Of a DNA stretch of 41,713 nucleotides, positions 1 through 9,758 are shown in pieces. A program made the position numbers and the translations under genes. The stretch spans positions 1-41,713 of the forward strand of contig JANPBV010000306.1 of the NCBI GenBank assembly GCA_031430615.1, given 5' to 3'. Source of the stretch: Ignavibacteria bacterium. GTDB lineage: Bacteria > Bacteroidota > Ignavibacteria > Tepidaquicellales > OLB5. A model generated the notes under the pieces. It ran no database searches, was not told where the DNA came from, and saw nothing but the letters and a program-made list of their open reading frames with translations. Numbering within the stretch: position 1 is the stretch's first letter; every line of letters starts with the position of its first letter.

Positions 1-114
1 AGATCAAAAGGAATCGAAGGAGAAGCAACTTTGGGGATTTATTCATTAAAATCCGGAATGCAGATCAGGAAAGTGCTTATTAAAATACTGCCCAGGGATG
101 TGGCTTTGAATTAG
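1..114 (+). CDS. 3' end of an unidentified CDS entering from upstream of the window (37 codons, stop TAG at 112..114)
   Basis: Frame 1 is open from the window edge to TAG and converges on the minus-strand gene ending at 116. It is too short to identify. Confidence 0.25.
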   Translation, partial: RSKGIEGEATLGIYSLKSGMQIRKVLIKILPRDVALN

Positions 115-115
115 A

Positions 116-409
116 TCAAGCTTGTTCTGGCACAGGCTTACCCTTAGCGAAATAAAATTTATAGAAAATAAGCTCCAGCATTGTTAATAGCCCAAGCGAA
201 AATGCGGCTTTAGTCAATATTCTTGTTAATCCTTCTTCGGGTATGAAAAATCCTATTACAAATGCAGAGAAGGTCCACCCTACAGTGAAAATAATAATCA
301 CAAATATTGTGCTTAAATAAGCGCTTATAGCGCTTACCTCTACATAATTTTTAGCAAATATATAAGCAAAAAATACTGCATGCGCGTAAAATACAATTAC
401 TTCTATCAT
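116..409 (-). CDS. small integral membrane protein (about 3 TM segments), unknown function
   Basis: 97-aa ORF that is strongly hydrophobic. Its start lies 2 nt from the stop of the upstream sugar-transferase gene, which suggests one operon. Confidence 0.5.
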   Translation of the reverse strand: MIEVIVFYAHAVFFAYIFAKNYVEVSAISAYLSTIFVIIIFTVGWTFSAFVIGFFIPEEGLTRILTKAAFSLGLLTMLELIFYKFYFAKGKPVPEQA

Positions 410-411
410 AA

Positions 412-1860
412 TTAAAATGCCGCCTTAGAGAAGAACATCTCTTTGATTGTTTTAATGATTATTTTAAGATCAAATATAATTGACCAATGCTCAATATAAT
501 ATATATCATATTCTATTCTTTTTTCAAGCGATGAATCGCTTCCTCTTAAACCATTAACCTGCGCCCAGCCTGTTATGCCGCATTTTACTCTGTGTCTTTC
601 AAGGTATTTTGGTATCTTTCCTTTGAACAGATTAATGAAAAATTCCCTTTCAGGTCTTGGACCTACAATACTCATATCACCTTTTAATACATTGATAAAC
701 TGAGGAAGTTCATCAAGTGAATATTTTCTCAGAAATTTACCCACAGAAGTATACCTTAAATCTCCTTTAGTAACGTAAACAGCGCCAGTGTTCTTTTCAG
801 CATCTGCAACCATTGAGCGGAATTTAACCATTTCAAATTTTTTACCAGTTATGCTGAGCCGTTCCTGTTTATAAAAAATCGGACCTTTCGAGGTGAATTT
901 TACCAGCAATGAAAGAATAACAAATAATGGCGAGGATATAATCATAATGAATGATGCAAATGCTACATCAAAGCCTCTTTTTAAGATCCTGTTCCAAATA
1001 TTCATTGGAATACTTTTGATCTTAAGGAAAGGTACACCGTCAATTTCCTGAACCCTCACAGAGGATGTAATTACTTCCAGAAAGTCCGGCGCCATCAGGA
1101 ATTCTACATTTTCTCCCTCACATGCTTTCATGAGTTCTAATAACCTATCATGCTGAGATGATGGAATTGTAACCAGTACTGTTTCAATATTCATTTTCTG
1201 AACCAGCTGAACAATATCAGAATAAGATCCAACCTTTAATTTTTCAGGTAATAATCCCTCTGTAGAGCTATTATTATCTTCAATATATCCAATTATATTA
1301 AAGCCCGCATACTTATGTTCAGAAAATTTTTTTAAGATATCAAATGCTGTTTGAGTATTTCCGACAATTAAAGTGTCGTTTAAACCTTTACCTTTATTGT
1401 ATAGAGTTTTTTCATACTTTAATACTATGTATCTGCCTATTGTGATCAGGAAAACTGAAATAATCCAGACCAGTATAAATACTACACGGGAGTACGGAAA
1501 TATCCTGTAAAAAAATACGAAACCGAAAGAGAAGATAATACCAAAAGTAACCAGGCGGCCAATTAGAAAAAATTCATCAAAAATAAAAACTATTCTTTTT
1601 GGGCGAAACAGCTTTCTTGATTGAAATATCAGAAGCCAAACTGGTAAAACAAACATTGAAAGAATGAGATAACCTTTTAACGGCGGAATTTCTCCCATAA
1701 AAGGGAAAAGTTTTACAAAAGGAGAAAAATGAAATCTTATAAAATATGAAATAATGAAAGATCCAATAATGGCAATAGAGTCTGAAAAAATGTTCAGTAT
1801 AGGGATTATGAACTCAGTTCTTTGGGATTTTTTACTAAATTTCTGTTCTATGTAATTCAT
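412..1860 (-). CDS. exopolysaccharide/O-antigen polyprenyl glycosylphosphotransferase (WbaP/bacterial sugar transferase family)
   Basis: N-terminal TM segments followed by a central domain. The C-terminal bacterial sugar transferase motifs are present: DELPQFINVLKGDMSIVGPRPE and GITGWAQVNG. Confidence 0.9.
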   Translation of the reverse strand: MNYIEQKFSKKSQRTEFIIPILNIFSDSIAIIGSFIISYFIRFHFSPFVKLFPFMGEIPPLKGYLILSMFVLPVWLLIFQSRKLFRPKRIVFIFDEFFLIGRLVTFGIIFSFGFVFFYRIFPYSRVVFILVWIISVFLITIGRYIVLKYEKTLYNKGKGLNDTLIVGNTQTAFDILKKFSEHKYAGFNIIGYIEDNNSSTEGLLPEKLKVGSYSDIVQLVQKMNIETVLVTIPSSQHDRLLELMKACEGENVEFLMAPDFLEVITSSVRVQEIDGVPFLKIKSIPMNIWNRILKRGFDVAFASFIMIISSPLFVILSLLVKFTSKGPIFYKQERLSITGKKFEMVKFRSMVADAEKNTGAVYVTKGDLRYTSVGKFLRKYSLDELPQFINVLKGDMSIVGPRPEREFFINLFKGKIPKYLERHRVKCGITGWAQVNGLRGSDSSLEKRIEYDIYYIEHWSIIFDLKIIIKTIKEMFFSKAAF

Positions 1861-2107
1861 TAGAGTTTCAAATATATATATTACAAATTCAAATTTATAT
1901 GATTGAAATTTTCAAGGATTTTACAATAATTGTTTTTTTAACATTGTAGTATTATAGCAGTTTACAAAGATAATTACTATATTGCATTAAATATAATGAA
2001 TTTATTGTTATTTTCAGCAATAAAATGCATGTTTTTTTGAAACTTTTTTATTGTTAAATTGTATAATTATTATTCAGTTCTTTATTAATCAACTAGAAAG
2101 GGTCAAA

Positions 2108-2512
2108 ATGACTAGATTTAAATTGTTTTTGGGGTTTTTTGCATTAGTTTTTGTATTAGGTTTAACAACCAACATTAAAGCTCAAAATGGTCCGGCAATG
2201 TATTTCTGCGAAAAATACGGATCATCAGGCGAGCAGTCAATTAGTGACAGGTTTTATGCCGGTCCTATTACTGTTATGGTAAAATGCGACTATGCTTTAG
2301 GTTTAAAAGATTGTTCAATTCAGTTTGATAAATACAACGGTTACACTTTTGATTATTACAAAAAAGTTGAATTTGATGTTTCTTCTGACATGAAATACAT
2401 CTATTTTGAATCAAGTGATTTAAGAGTGGATTCACCAGGTATCTACAGATGTTTCCTTCTTGATAACAAGAAAAACACTGTAGCTAGCGGTTTGGTTGAA
2501 TTCATAAGATAA
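2108..2512 (+). CDS. secreted hypothetical protein, paralog of 22387..22794
   Basis: The ORF track starts at 2051, but a signal peptide begins at the internal Met (MTRFKLFLGFFALVFVLGL..AQ). It shares the block YFCE(K/R)Y ... G(P/K)ITVMVK with the 135-aa lipoprotein at 22387..22794. Confidence 0.6.
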   Translation: MTRFKLFLGFFALVFVLGLTTNIKAQNGPAMYFCEKYGSSGEQSISDRFYAGPITVMVKCDYALGLKDCSIQFDKYNGYTFDYYKKVEFDVSSDMKYIYFESSDLRVDSPGIYRCFLLDNKKNTVASGLVEFIR

Positions 2513-2532
2513 GCATACTACGCAAGTAATAT

Positions 2533-2564
2533 AAAGGGAGGTTAATTTTAACCTCCCTTTTTTT
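2533..2564. terminator. bidirectional rho-independent terminator between convergent genes
   Basis: AAAGGGAGGTTAA / TTAACCTCCCTTT is a near-perfect 13-bp inverted repeat followed by a T-run. Confidence 0.7.
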
Positions 2565-2574
2565 ATCCCCTAAT

Positions 2575-3207
2575 TTAACGCACTGGCAGAATTACGAAGA
2601 TAGTTACATCCCATAATGCATGTGATATCAAACCGGGCCAAACTGAGCGGTATTTTTTGAAAATCCAACCCCAGAATAGTCCACAAATCAATGCCGCCAT
2701 AAAAAGCATAAAATTCATTGCAACAATGTGAACAGCGCCATATATCAAAGAAGCTATTACCCAGCCTTTGTTATCCCCAAATTTTTCGGCAAGTGTATCC
2801 TGCGCATAACCACGCCAGAATATTTCTTCAGCAGGTCCGATAATAAATAGAAGCAATAAGCCTATAATCCGTGGATCAAGTAATGATTTATTGTTGTAAA
2901 CCCCAACTACCTGTCTATCAGCAAAGGGGAGGATTATCCTGGAAATTATATCACCTGAATAGAAAACAAGATACAAAAAAGCCGCAGATAAGATACCTAT
3001 AAGAATAAATTTAGGCTCAAAAACATAAAGCCTGTAGTTAATTGCTTCACCGTTTTTGTGATTAAAATACAGCCCCAAGGCTGCAAGAAGTGAAGCTGCT
3101 ATTGTCATTTCAAGCCAGAAGTTGTATGTCTTAAGAACAAACATTTCCAGCCAGAAAATACAAGCAATAACAATAAGAACAATTAGCGGTTTAATTCTGT
3201 TTGACAT
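2575..3207 (-). CDS. CPBP family intramembrane glutamic endopeptidase (CAAX protease-like)
   Basis: Polytopic membrane protein carrying the EEIFWRGY motif and the distal H..xxD motif (ISHALWD). Confidence 0.85.
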   Translation of the reverse strand: MSNRIKPLIVLIVIACIFWLEMFVLKTYNFWLEMTIAASLLAALGLYFNHKNGEAINYRLYVFEPKFILIGILSAAFLYLVFYSGDIISRIILPFADRQVVGVYNNKSLLDPRIIGLLLLFIIGPAEEIFWRGYAQDTLAEKFGDNKGWVIASLIYGAVHIVAMNFMLFMAALICGLFWGWIFKKYRSVWPGLISHALWDVTIFVILPVR

Positions 3208-3238
3208 TGCTTTATTTATTTAATTTAGGATAAAATAA

Positions 3239-5329
3239 TTATGCTATTTTTATCAATTCCATTGATTCTTTGTAATTAATAAGGAAATGGTCCCGGATAT
3301 TTACATTTTCAATTTTTCTCAGTTCCGGGTCTGCCGCAATTAAACCAAACGCTGATTCTCTTGCTCTTTCAATTAAACCCATATCTTTACTAAGATCAGC
3401 CGCAGAAAATTTAAGCTCACCTGACTGCCTTGTGCCGAAAAACTCACCCGGACCGCGAAGATTCATATCGGTTTCGGAAATCAGGAAGCCGTCATTAGTT
3501 TCCGTCATTACCTTTAGCCTTTGGGATGATATCTCACCCGGTTTGTCAGAAATTAAAATACAAAATGACTTCTCGGCGCCCCTTCCTACCCTTCCGCGTA
3601 ATTGGTGAAGCTGAGAAAGCCCAAAACGCTGTGCTTCTTCTACCAGCATAATTGTTGCATTTGGAATATCTATCCCAACTTCAATAACAGTGGTAGAAAC
3701 AAGGATATCTATCTTCTTTTCTTTGAACGCTTCAATTGTTTCATCAATTTCATTCCACGGCAACCTTCCATGCACAAGCCCAAGCTTTAGTTCAGGGAAA
3801 ACCTGCTTCCTGAGTAATTCGTAATGTTCTACAGCAGATTTGAGGTCAAGTTTTTCGGATTCCTGAATAATAGGGTAAACTATATATGCCTGTCTGCCTT
3901 TTTTAATTTCATCCTTAATAAATCGATATACATTTATTCTGTCTGCTTCTGTTCTTAATGCTGTTTTTACCGGTTTGCGGTTCTTCGGCAGTTCATCTAT
4001 TACAGATACATCAAGATCGCCATATACGGTAAGCGAAAGTGTTCTTGGAATAGGTGTAGCGGTCATAACCAGTACATCAGGGTTATTACCTTTAGCTTTA
4101 AGCTTTGCTCTTTGCATTACGCCAAATTTATGCTGTTCATCTATTACGGTAAAACCCAGATTTTTAAATTCAACAGCACCCTGTATTAATGCATGAGTAC
4201 CAACAACTACCTGCGCCTTACCGGTAATAATTTCATCAAGAATTGATTCCCTTAATTTCTTTTTTTGTCCGCCTACAAGTAAAACTGCATTAATGCCCAG
4301 CTTATCAAAGTAATATTTCAGGGTTTTAAAATGCTGCTCTGCAAGTATTTCAGTTGGACACATAAATGCTGCCTGGTAATCATTTTCAATTGCAACCAAA
4401 AAGCAAAATACTGCTACAATAGTTTTACCGCTGCCTACATCACCCTGTAACAGCCTGTTCATCGGTTTAGCTGAACGCATATCACCAATTATTTCCTTAA
4501 TTACTTTTTTCTGAGCATTTGTAAGCTCAAATCCCAGATGCTCCTTAAACAATTTTTCAAACCTATTGCCAATCTTTTCAAACTTGATACCCTTACCGCC
4601 TGCGGCAATTGATTGTTTTTTTAGAGCCATCACTAATTGAAGATAAAATAATTCTTCAAAAGCAAGAGTTTGCCTGGATGTTTCAATATCTTCAATTGAT
4701 TTTGGGTAGTGGGTCCTGAGTAACGCGGATTTATGGTCAAGCAGAATATTGGTTTCTCTCACTTCTTTGCTCAATACCTCAGTAATGCCATCAGAACAAT
4801 TTTTAATAGCATTAAAAATTATCTTCGTTAAGCTAAGTGGTTTTATCCAGGTTTTTTTCAGCTCTTCAGATAAAATGTAAACAGGTATAAGAGGATATTT
4901 TAATAATTCCTCATCACCATCATCAAGCTTTTTATGGTCTCTTATATCAAACTTAATATCTCTTTCATAAGTATTGTATGTAACCTTGCCCCAGAAAATA
5001 TATTCATCACCAATTTTGAACTGTTTTTCCCTGTAAAAAGTGTTGCCCCACATGAGAGATTCTATGCTTGCTGTTCCATCAAAGATAACAATTTTAGTAG
5101 GGTGGTTGGGTTTATACGGAATATATTTATCAATAACCTTGCCACGTATCAATACATTTTTATCATGATGTTTTGCAAGGCTACGAATGGTTGAGTTAAT
5201 AAGATAAATTCTGGGGTATACAGTAAGCAGGTCAGTTGAATATTTCAATCCAAGTTTTTCAAAGGCTTCGGCTCGTTTTGGTCCAACACCCTTGATATAC
5301 GCTATTTCAGTTTTTTTAAATTGTGGCAA
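3239..5329 (-). CDS. recG: ATP-dependent DNA helicase RecG
   Basis: 696 aa with an N-terminal wedge/OB region. Helicase motifs GDVGSGKT, DEQHKFGV, TATPIPRTL and QLRGRVGRG are present. The apparent start codon is TTG. Confidence 0.95.
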   Translation of the reverse strand: MPQFKKTEIAYIKGVGPKRAEAFEKLGLKYSTDLLTVYPRIYLINSTIRSLAKHHDKNVLIRGKVIDKYIPYKPNHPTKIVIFDGTASIESLMWGNTFYREKQFKIGDEYIFWGKVTYNTYERDIKFDIRDHKKLDDGDEELLKYPLIPVYILSEELKKTWIKPLSLTKIIFNAIKNCSDGITEVLSKEVRETNILLDHKSALLRTHYPKSIEDIETSRQTLAFEELFYLQLVMALKKQSIAAGGKGIKFEKIGNRFEKLFKEHLGFELTNAQKKVIKEIIGDMRSAKPMNRLLQGDVGSGKTIVAVFCFLVAIENDYQAAFMCPTEILAEQHFKTLKYYFDKLGINAVLLVGGQKKKLRESILDEIITGKAQVVVGTHALIQGAVEFKNLGFTVIDEQHKFGVMQRAKLKAKGNNPDVLVMTATPIPRTLSLTVYGDLDVSVIDELPKNRKPVKTALRTEADRINVYRFIKDEIKKGRQAYIVYPIIQESEKLDLKSAVEHYELLRKQVFPELKLGLVHGRLPWNEIDETIEAFKEKKIDILVSTTVIEVGIDIPNATIMLVEEAQRFGLSQLHQLRGRVGRGAEKSFCILISDKPGEISSQRLKVMTETNDGFLISETDMNLRGPGEFFGTRQSGELKFSAADLSKDMGLIERARESAFGLIAADPELRKIENVNIRDHFLINYKESMELIKIA

Positions 5330-5478
5330 GTACGTAAAATTTATACAAATATAGTTATTTTAGCTAAAATATCAGAATATTGGAAAATTTAAAATTCATA
5401 AATATATATTTAAAACATCGTAATTTCATATTTCTATATCTATTTTTTTGTTATTTTTGTAATTATTTTAATAAATAC

Positions 5479-6420
5479 ATGAAGAAAAATAATTTTGCAT
5501 TAATCGGTGCAGGTGGTTTTGTTGCTCCCAGACATTTAAGGGCTATTAGAGATAATAACCAGAACCTGCTGGCAATACTGGATCCAAATGATTCTGTTGG
5601 GGTTATTGATTCATACTTTCCGGATGCCTCATTTTTTACAGAATTTGAAAGATTTGACCGCCATTGTGAAAAGCTTCGCAGGGAAGGTGAAGATAAAAAG
5701 ATACAATTTGTAAGTATTTGCTCTCCAAATTACCTTCATGATGCTCATATTCGTTTTGCTTTAAGAGCTGATGCAAATGCAATATGTGAGAAACCTTTGG
5801 TACTAAACCCATGGAATGCTGATGCGATCATTTCACTTGAAAAAGAAACAGGCAGGGAAGTATATACAATACTTCAACTAAGGCTTCATCCTCAAATAAT
5901 AGAATTAAAGAAAAAAATTGAAGCTGCAAAGAGTAAAAAGAAATATGATATTGTATTATCATATATCACCCCGCGCGGCAAGTGGTATCATTATTCCTGG
6001 AAGGGTGATATCCTGAAATCAGGCGGTATAGCAACAAATATTGGAGTTCACTTTTTTGATATGTTATCCTGGATATTCGGCAAGCCTGTATCAAACACTT
6101 TGCATTACTATAAAGAAGATAAAGCCGCAGGATTTATTGAGCTTGAAAACGCTAATGTCCAATGGTTCCTTTCTATTGATAAAAGCGACCTGAAAGAAGG
6201 TGATAAAACTTTTCGCTCAATTACATTGAATGGTGAGGAAATTGAATTTTCTGAAGGGTTTACTGATCTGCATACCAAAAGCTACACTGAAATATTGAAC
6301 GGAAATGGATTCAGGATAGGTGAAGCAATGCCATCAATTGAAGCAGTTTATGAAATAAGGAGCGCAGCGCCAATAGGATTAAAAGGTGATTATCACCCAT
6401 TTCTTAAAAATATAAAATGA
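5479..6420 (+). CDS. wbpB: Gfo/Idh/MocA-family sugar-nucleotide dehydrogenase, WbpB-like (UDP-GlcNAcA 3-dehydrogenase type)
   Basis: Rossmann N-terminus FALIGAGGFVAPRHLRAI, then ICSPNYLH and ICEKPL. From memory it closely resembles Pseudomonas WbpB. The ORF-track start at 5380 adds an implausible hydrophobic leader, so I prefer the internal ATG at 5479. Confidence 0.75.
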   Translation: MKKNNFALIGAGGFVAPRHLRAIRDNNQNLLAILDPNDSVGVIDSYFPDASFFTEFERFDRHCEKLRREGEDKKIQFVSICSPNYLHDAHIRFALRADANAICEKPLVLNPWNADAIISLEKETGREVYTILQLRLHPQIIELKKKIEAAKSKKKYDIVLSYITPRGKWYHYSWKGDILKSGGIATNIGVHFFDMLSWIFGKPVSNTLHYYKEDKAAGFIELENANVQWFLSIDKSDLKEGDKTFRSITLNGEEIEFSEGFTDLHTKSYTEILNGNGFRIGEAMPSIEAVYEIRSAAPIGLKGDYHPFLKNIK

Positions 6421-6422
6421 AC

Positions 6423-7889
6423 TTATTTTTTTAAACTAAGTTCCAGTTCATTTACTTTTTCAAGCAGCCATTTATTGCCCAGGATTTTTGATCTCATTAT
6501 ATCTATTTTCAGTTCATCAATGGGTATATCAATTTCGTTGAGCTTCAGCCTGAAAAGTATTACGGTATACTTAATGAATTTTTCTCTAATAGTTTTTATT
6601 TCTTTGTTAAGAGAAGATTCATTTTTGATGAGATGTTTGAAGCTATCAACGTTATAAAAAAACTCTTCGCTTAGACCTAATTCATAATATATTTTTATGT
6701 ACATGTGATTTGCTCTTAGCTTTTCTGCGACATTATTATATTTTTGAACAGACAAAAGCTTCAAAGCAGACTTAAAATCTTTGTTTTTGATAGAAAGCTC
6801 GGCGTATGCGTGGTTGATTATATTGTGCCGTTCCTTTTCAGGTATCTTATCTTTATGGTTTTTAATCAGGTCTTCAGCAAACCTGACCTCTCCTGCCCTT
6901 AGAGATGTAATAAACGCATACATAAACCATTCCGGGTTAAATACCCCATCCTGAACCATCAATCCATTATTCAGCATATGTGAAATAATTTCAAACTCTT
7001 CTTTGTATATGTTCTTCCCCGGTATCAGGCTCATATCATAACAATATCCCAGTAAGCCAACGTAGATAACAAAACCTTCAACGGGTTCAAAGATATGCGC
7101 ATTTTTAGTAAGTGAATCTTTTAATTTAATGAAAGTTTTATGATCTCTGTTTGAAGTATAAAATTTTACCAGATGATACCATATTTCCACCGCTACAGAA
7201 TTCATAAAATCAGATTGCTCAACGAAATTTAAAAGCTGGTCAAGGTTTTTTATGCTGAAATCCCTGTTAAACTGCATTGAGTTCTGAATAGTAACCATAT
7301 ATAACCTAAGGAGTGTAATAACAGAAAATGCCCATATACTTTCTATCTGTTTCTGCGCATTTATGATCTTGCCGCTTGGGTCAGCGCTTACCTGGAACAT
7401 CCTTTTAGATTCCTCAAGAAAATTTACATTAAGGAAATATTTTGCATCACGAAGCGGCTGTTCTTCAAGAAAAGCTTCTGTTTTCTTAAGCTGTTTTCGG
7501 TAAAGTGAGCCGGCAGATTTGGCAAGATAGAAACCGAGCACGTTTTTTTCATAATCCATATGTTCCTTTCGGAATATAACATATGCCCCGAATTCTTCAC
7601 TAAGTTTTAACAGGTTACTCGAGAGTCTGCGGATAACATCATCACGGTATTTAGTTTTAGGATAAAGCCTGCCGAATATTTCTTCCTTTGAAAAATTTTT
7701 CTGCGAAAAACCAGGGTAAAACTTCTTCAGCTCTGTGAAAAAACGCGTAACTTCGGCTCTGTTATTATGAAATGGTGAATTAATAAATTTTTCCAGTTCC
7801 CGTATTTCCTCCTTTGATAACGTTTTGAGAAACAATATCACATTGCTGCTGGAAAAAGAACTGCTTATAGTATCCTTTTCTTTTTTCAC
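6423..7889 (-). CDS. SPFFN-family protein copy 1 (all-helical, TPR-like, no signal peptide; function unknown)
   Basis: 488 aa. N-terminal block EKFINSPFHNNRAEVTRFFTELKKFYPGF..DDVIRRLSSNLLKLSEEF. C-terminal blocks VDSFKHLIKN and NKWLLEKVNELE. Paralogous to four other ORFs in the window. Confidence 0.8.
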   Translation of the reverse strand: MKKEKDTISSSFSSSNVILFLKTLSKEEIRELEKFINSPFHNNRAEVTRFFTELKKFYPGFSQKNFSKEEIFGRLYPKTKYRDDVIRRLSSNLLKLSEEFGAYVIFRKEHMDYEKNVLGFYLAKSAGSLYRKQLKKTEAFLEEQPLRDAKYFLNVNFLEESKRMFQVSADPSGKIINAQKQIESIWAFSVITLLRLYMVTIQNSMQFNRDFSIKNLDQLLNFVEQSDFMNSVAVEIWYHLVKFYTSNRDHKTFIKLKDSLTKNAHIFEPVEGFVIYVGLLGYCYDMSLIPGKNIYKEEFEIISHMLNNGLMVQDGVFNPEWFMYAFITSLRAGEVRFAEDLIKNHKDKIPEKERHNIINHAYAELSIKNKDFKSALKLLSVQKYNNVAEKLRANHMYIKIYYELGLSEEFFYNVDSFKHLIKNESSLNKEIKTIREKFIKYTVILFRLKLNEIDIPIDELKIDIMRSKILGNKWLLEKVNELELSLKK

Positions 7890-7939
7890 AGAATATTAAT
7901 TTTAGTTTTTGAGGAACAATTTCTGAATTTACTATGGGC

Positions 7940-9403
7940 TTATTTTATAATCTTCTCAAGCTCAGCAACTTTATCAAGCAGCCATTTGTTTCCCGCCACT
8001 TTGGAATTCAGGATATCTTTTTTTATTTGAGCCAGAATTACATTTGTATCTCCGTTTTTTAATCTGAAAAGCGGTGCAACATACCTTATAAAGTTTTCAT
8101 GAAGTTTCTTAACATAATCATTTACGGAATATTCATCTTTTATGATGTGTCTGAAGCTATCTATAATGTAATAAAATGATTCGCTATTATTCATATCATA
8201 ATGGATTTTTGTATACATATGGTTAACCCGCAGCTTCTCCCAGACATTATTAAATTTTACCTTTGCAAGATAAACAAGCGCTTTTTTGAAATTATTTTTG
8301 GCGAATTCAAGCTCTGCATATGCGTAGTTTACAATGTTGCTCCGTTCCTTCTCAGCGAGCATCATTTTATAATCTGCTATAAATTTCTCCGCGTATTTAA
8401 TTTCATTTGCTTTTAATGCCTTAAGAAAAACATTTGCAAACCACTCAGCGCTGATAGTGTTGCCTTCAGTAATCAATCCCAGCTCAAGCATTTTCACACC
8501 AACTTCAAATTCCAGTTCAGATATTTTTTGGTCAGGCGCCAGTCCTCTTTCAAAAAGATAATTATGCATTCCGGTATAAAAACCAAACAACTCTTCCTTG
8601 CTGAATATTTCCGGATTTTCATTCAGTAAATTCCTTAAGGAATAAAATGTTTCATCATTCCTGCCGTCTGTATTCAGTTTAAGTGAGAAATAGTATGCTT
8701 CGGCTGCAGCAGTTTTTTTAAATTCAGGGTTATTATAAATATCCAGCAGTGGTTTAAGCAGATCTACATTATGCTTCTTATTAAAATACATCATATCGTT
8801 TATTGCGGCATCGTATATTGCAAGTAATGCTATTACTGAATACTGCCATACCTGGTTGATCCTGTCCTGTGTATTATCAAATTTTTTACGTGTTGCATCA
8901 TATTGTGAAAAATACGAAGCTTTCGTTGTATCAAGCTGTTTGAGCCTGTAATAATATTCTGCATTCCTTAAACTTTGTTTTTCAAGATACTCATCAGTTT
9001 TTACAGCTTGTTTCCTGAAAAAATTCTGTTCAAATTTATCGGAATAATAATCCAGGATACGTTTTTTCTGTTCGTATTCATCATCTCTGAACATTTTGTA
9101 TGCTATGTAATCTTCTGCAAGCTTAAAAAGATTGCTCGAAAGCTTTCTTATCACGTCATCCTTATATTTTTTCCCGGGGTATAGGTTAGCAAAAATATTT
9201 TCTTTCGAAAAGTTTTTATTCCCGAATGATGGAAAGAATTGCTTTAACTCATCAAAAAATCTTGCAACTTCGCTTCTATTATTGAAAGGAGAATGCACAA
9301 ATTTCGCAAATTCAATTTTCTCATCTTTTGAAAATGACATGAGAAGCTGAATAATATTGCTGTTATAGAAAGAATCTTTTTTAATAATTTGTGTTTTTTC
9401 CAT
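7940..9403 (-). CDS. SPFFN-family protein copy 2
   Basis: 487 aa, lying 50 nt upstream of copy 1 on the same strand. Blocks: AKFVHSPFNNRSEVARFFDELKQFFPSF..DDVIRKLSSNLFKLAEDY, IDSFRHIIKD and NKWLLDKVAELE. Confidence 0.8.
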   Translation of the reverse strand: MEKTQIIKKDSFYNSNIIQLLMSFSKDEKIEFAKFVHSPFNNRSEVARFFDELKQFFPSFGNKNFSKENIFANLYPGKKYKDDVIRKLSSNLFKLAEDYIAYKMFRDDEYEQKKRILDYYSDKFEQNFFRKQAVKTDEYLEKQSLRNAEYYYRLKQLDTTKASYFSQYDATRKKFDNTQDRINQVWQYSVIALLAIYDAAINDMMYFNKKHNVDLLKPLLDIYNNPEFKKTAAAEAYYFSLKLNTDGRNDETFYSLRNLLNENPEIFSKEELFGFYTGMHNYLFERGLAPDQKISELEFEVGVKMLELGLITEGNTISAEWFANVFLKALKANEIKYAEKFIADYKMMLAEKERSNIVNYAYAELEFAKNNFKKALVYLAKVKFNNVWEKLRVNHMYTKIHYDMNNSESFYYIIDSFRHIIKDEYSVNDYVKKLHENFIRYVAPLFRLKNGDTNVILAQIKKDILNSKVAGNKWLLDKVAELEKIIK

Positions 9404-9698
9404 AAATTTCTATTCAAAATTGAATACAATTTAACAAAGGAAATTAAGAATAAATGTATGTAAATACTATGAAATTCAATATTTAATAAACTTCATTAAA
9501 TTTAGAACTGTGACAATAACTAATTCTCTTTATTGAGATGTCTTTTATCAAAATAATATAAAACTCATTTTTTTGATAAACCCGAAATAATAAATACCTG
9601 AGTTTCAAACATCACTTACATATATTTATGCATTTTGGTTATAAAAACTATTGATTTGGTATATTCAATATTCTCTTAAATCTTATAACATAAATCGT

Positions 9699-9706
9699 TA
9701 ATTTTG
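9699..9706 (+). promoter_or_regulatory. candidate Bacteroidota-type -7 box (TAATTTTG) for the S9 peptidase gene
   Basis: Matches TAnnTTTG 53 nt upstream of the ATG at 9759. The motif carries little information in AT-rich DNA. Confidence 0.35.
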
Positions 9707-9758
9707 GAACTAATTCATTTTTGAAATCATTTTTAAACAACTTAATTAATCAAATTTA

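Noticed and set aside
3602-5194. Plus-strand ORFs 3602..3790, 3975..4196 and 4934..5194
   Set aside because: They lie entirely antisense within the well-supported recG gene and have a low-complexity or hydrophobic composition typical of shadow ORFs.
8201-9429. ORFs 8201..8416, 8975..9184 and 9132..9350 (+), and 9244..9429 (-)
   Set aside because: They are antisense or out of frame within SPFFN copy 2. No independent support exists, and the paralog alignment supports the long minus-strand frame.
9404-9758. Possible diverged copy of the control module upstream of SPFFN copy 2 (for example TGAATACAATTTAACAAAGGAAATT on the plus strand)
   Set aside because: The similarity is weak and needs gaps. 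It would sit only about 10 nt from the start codon, unlike the other copies, and I cannot distinguish it from chance in AT-rich DNA by eye.
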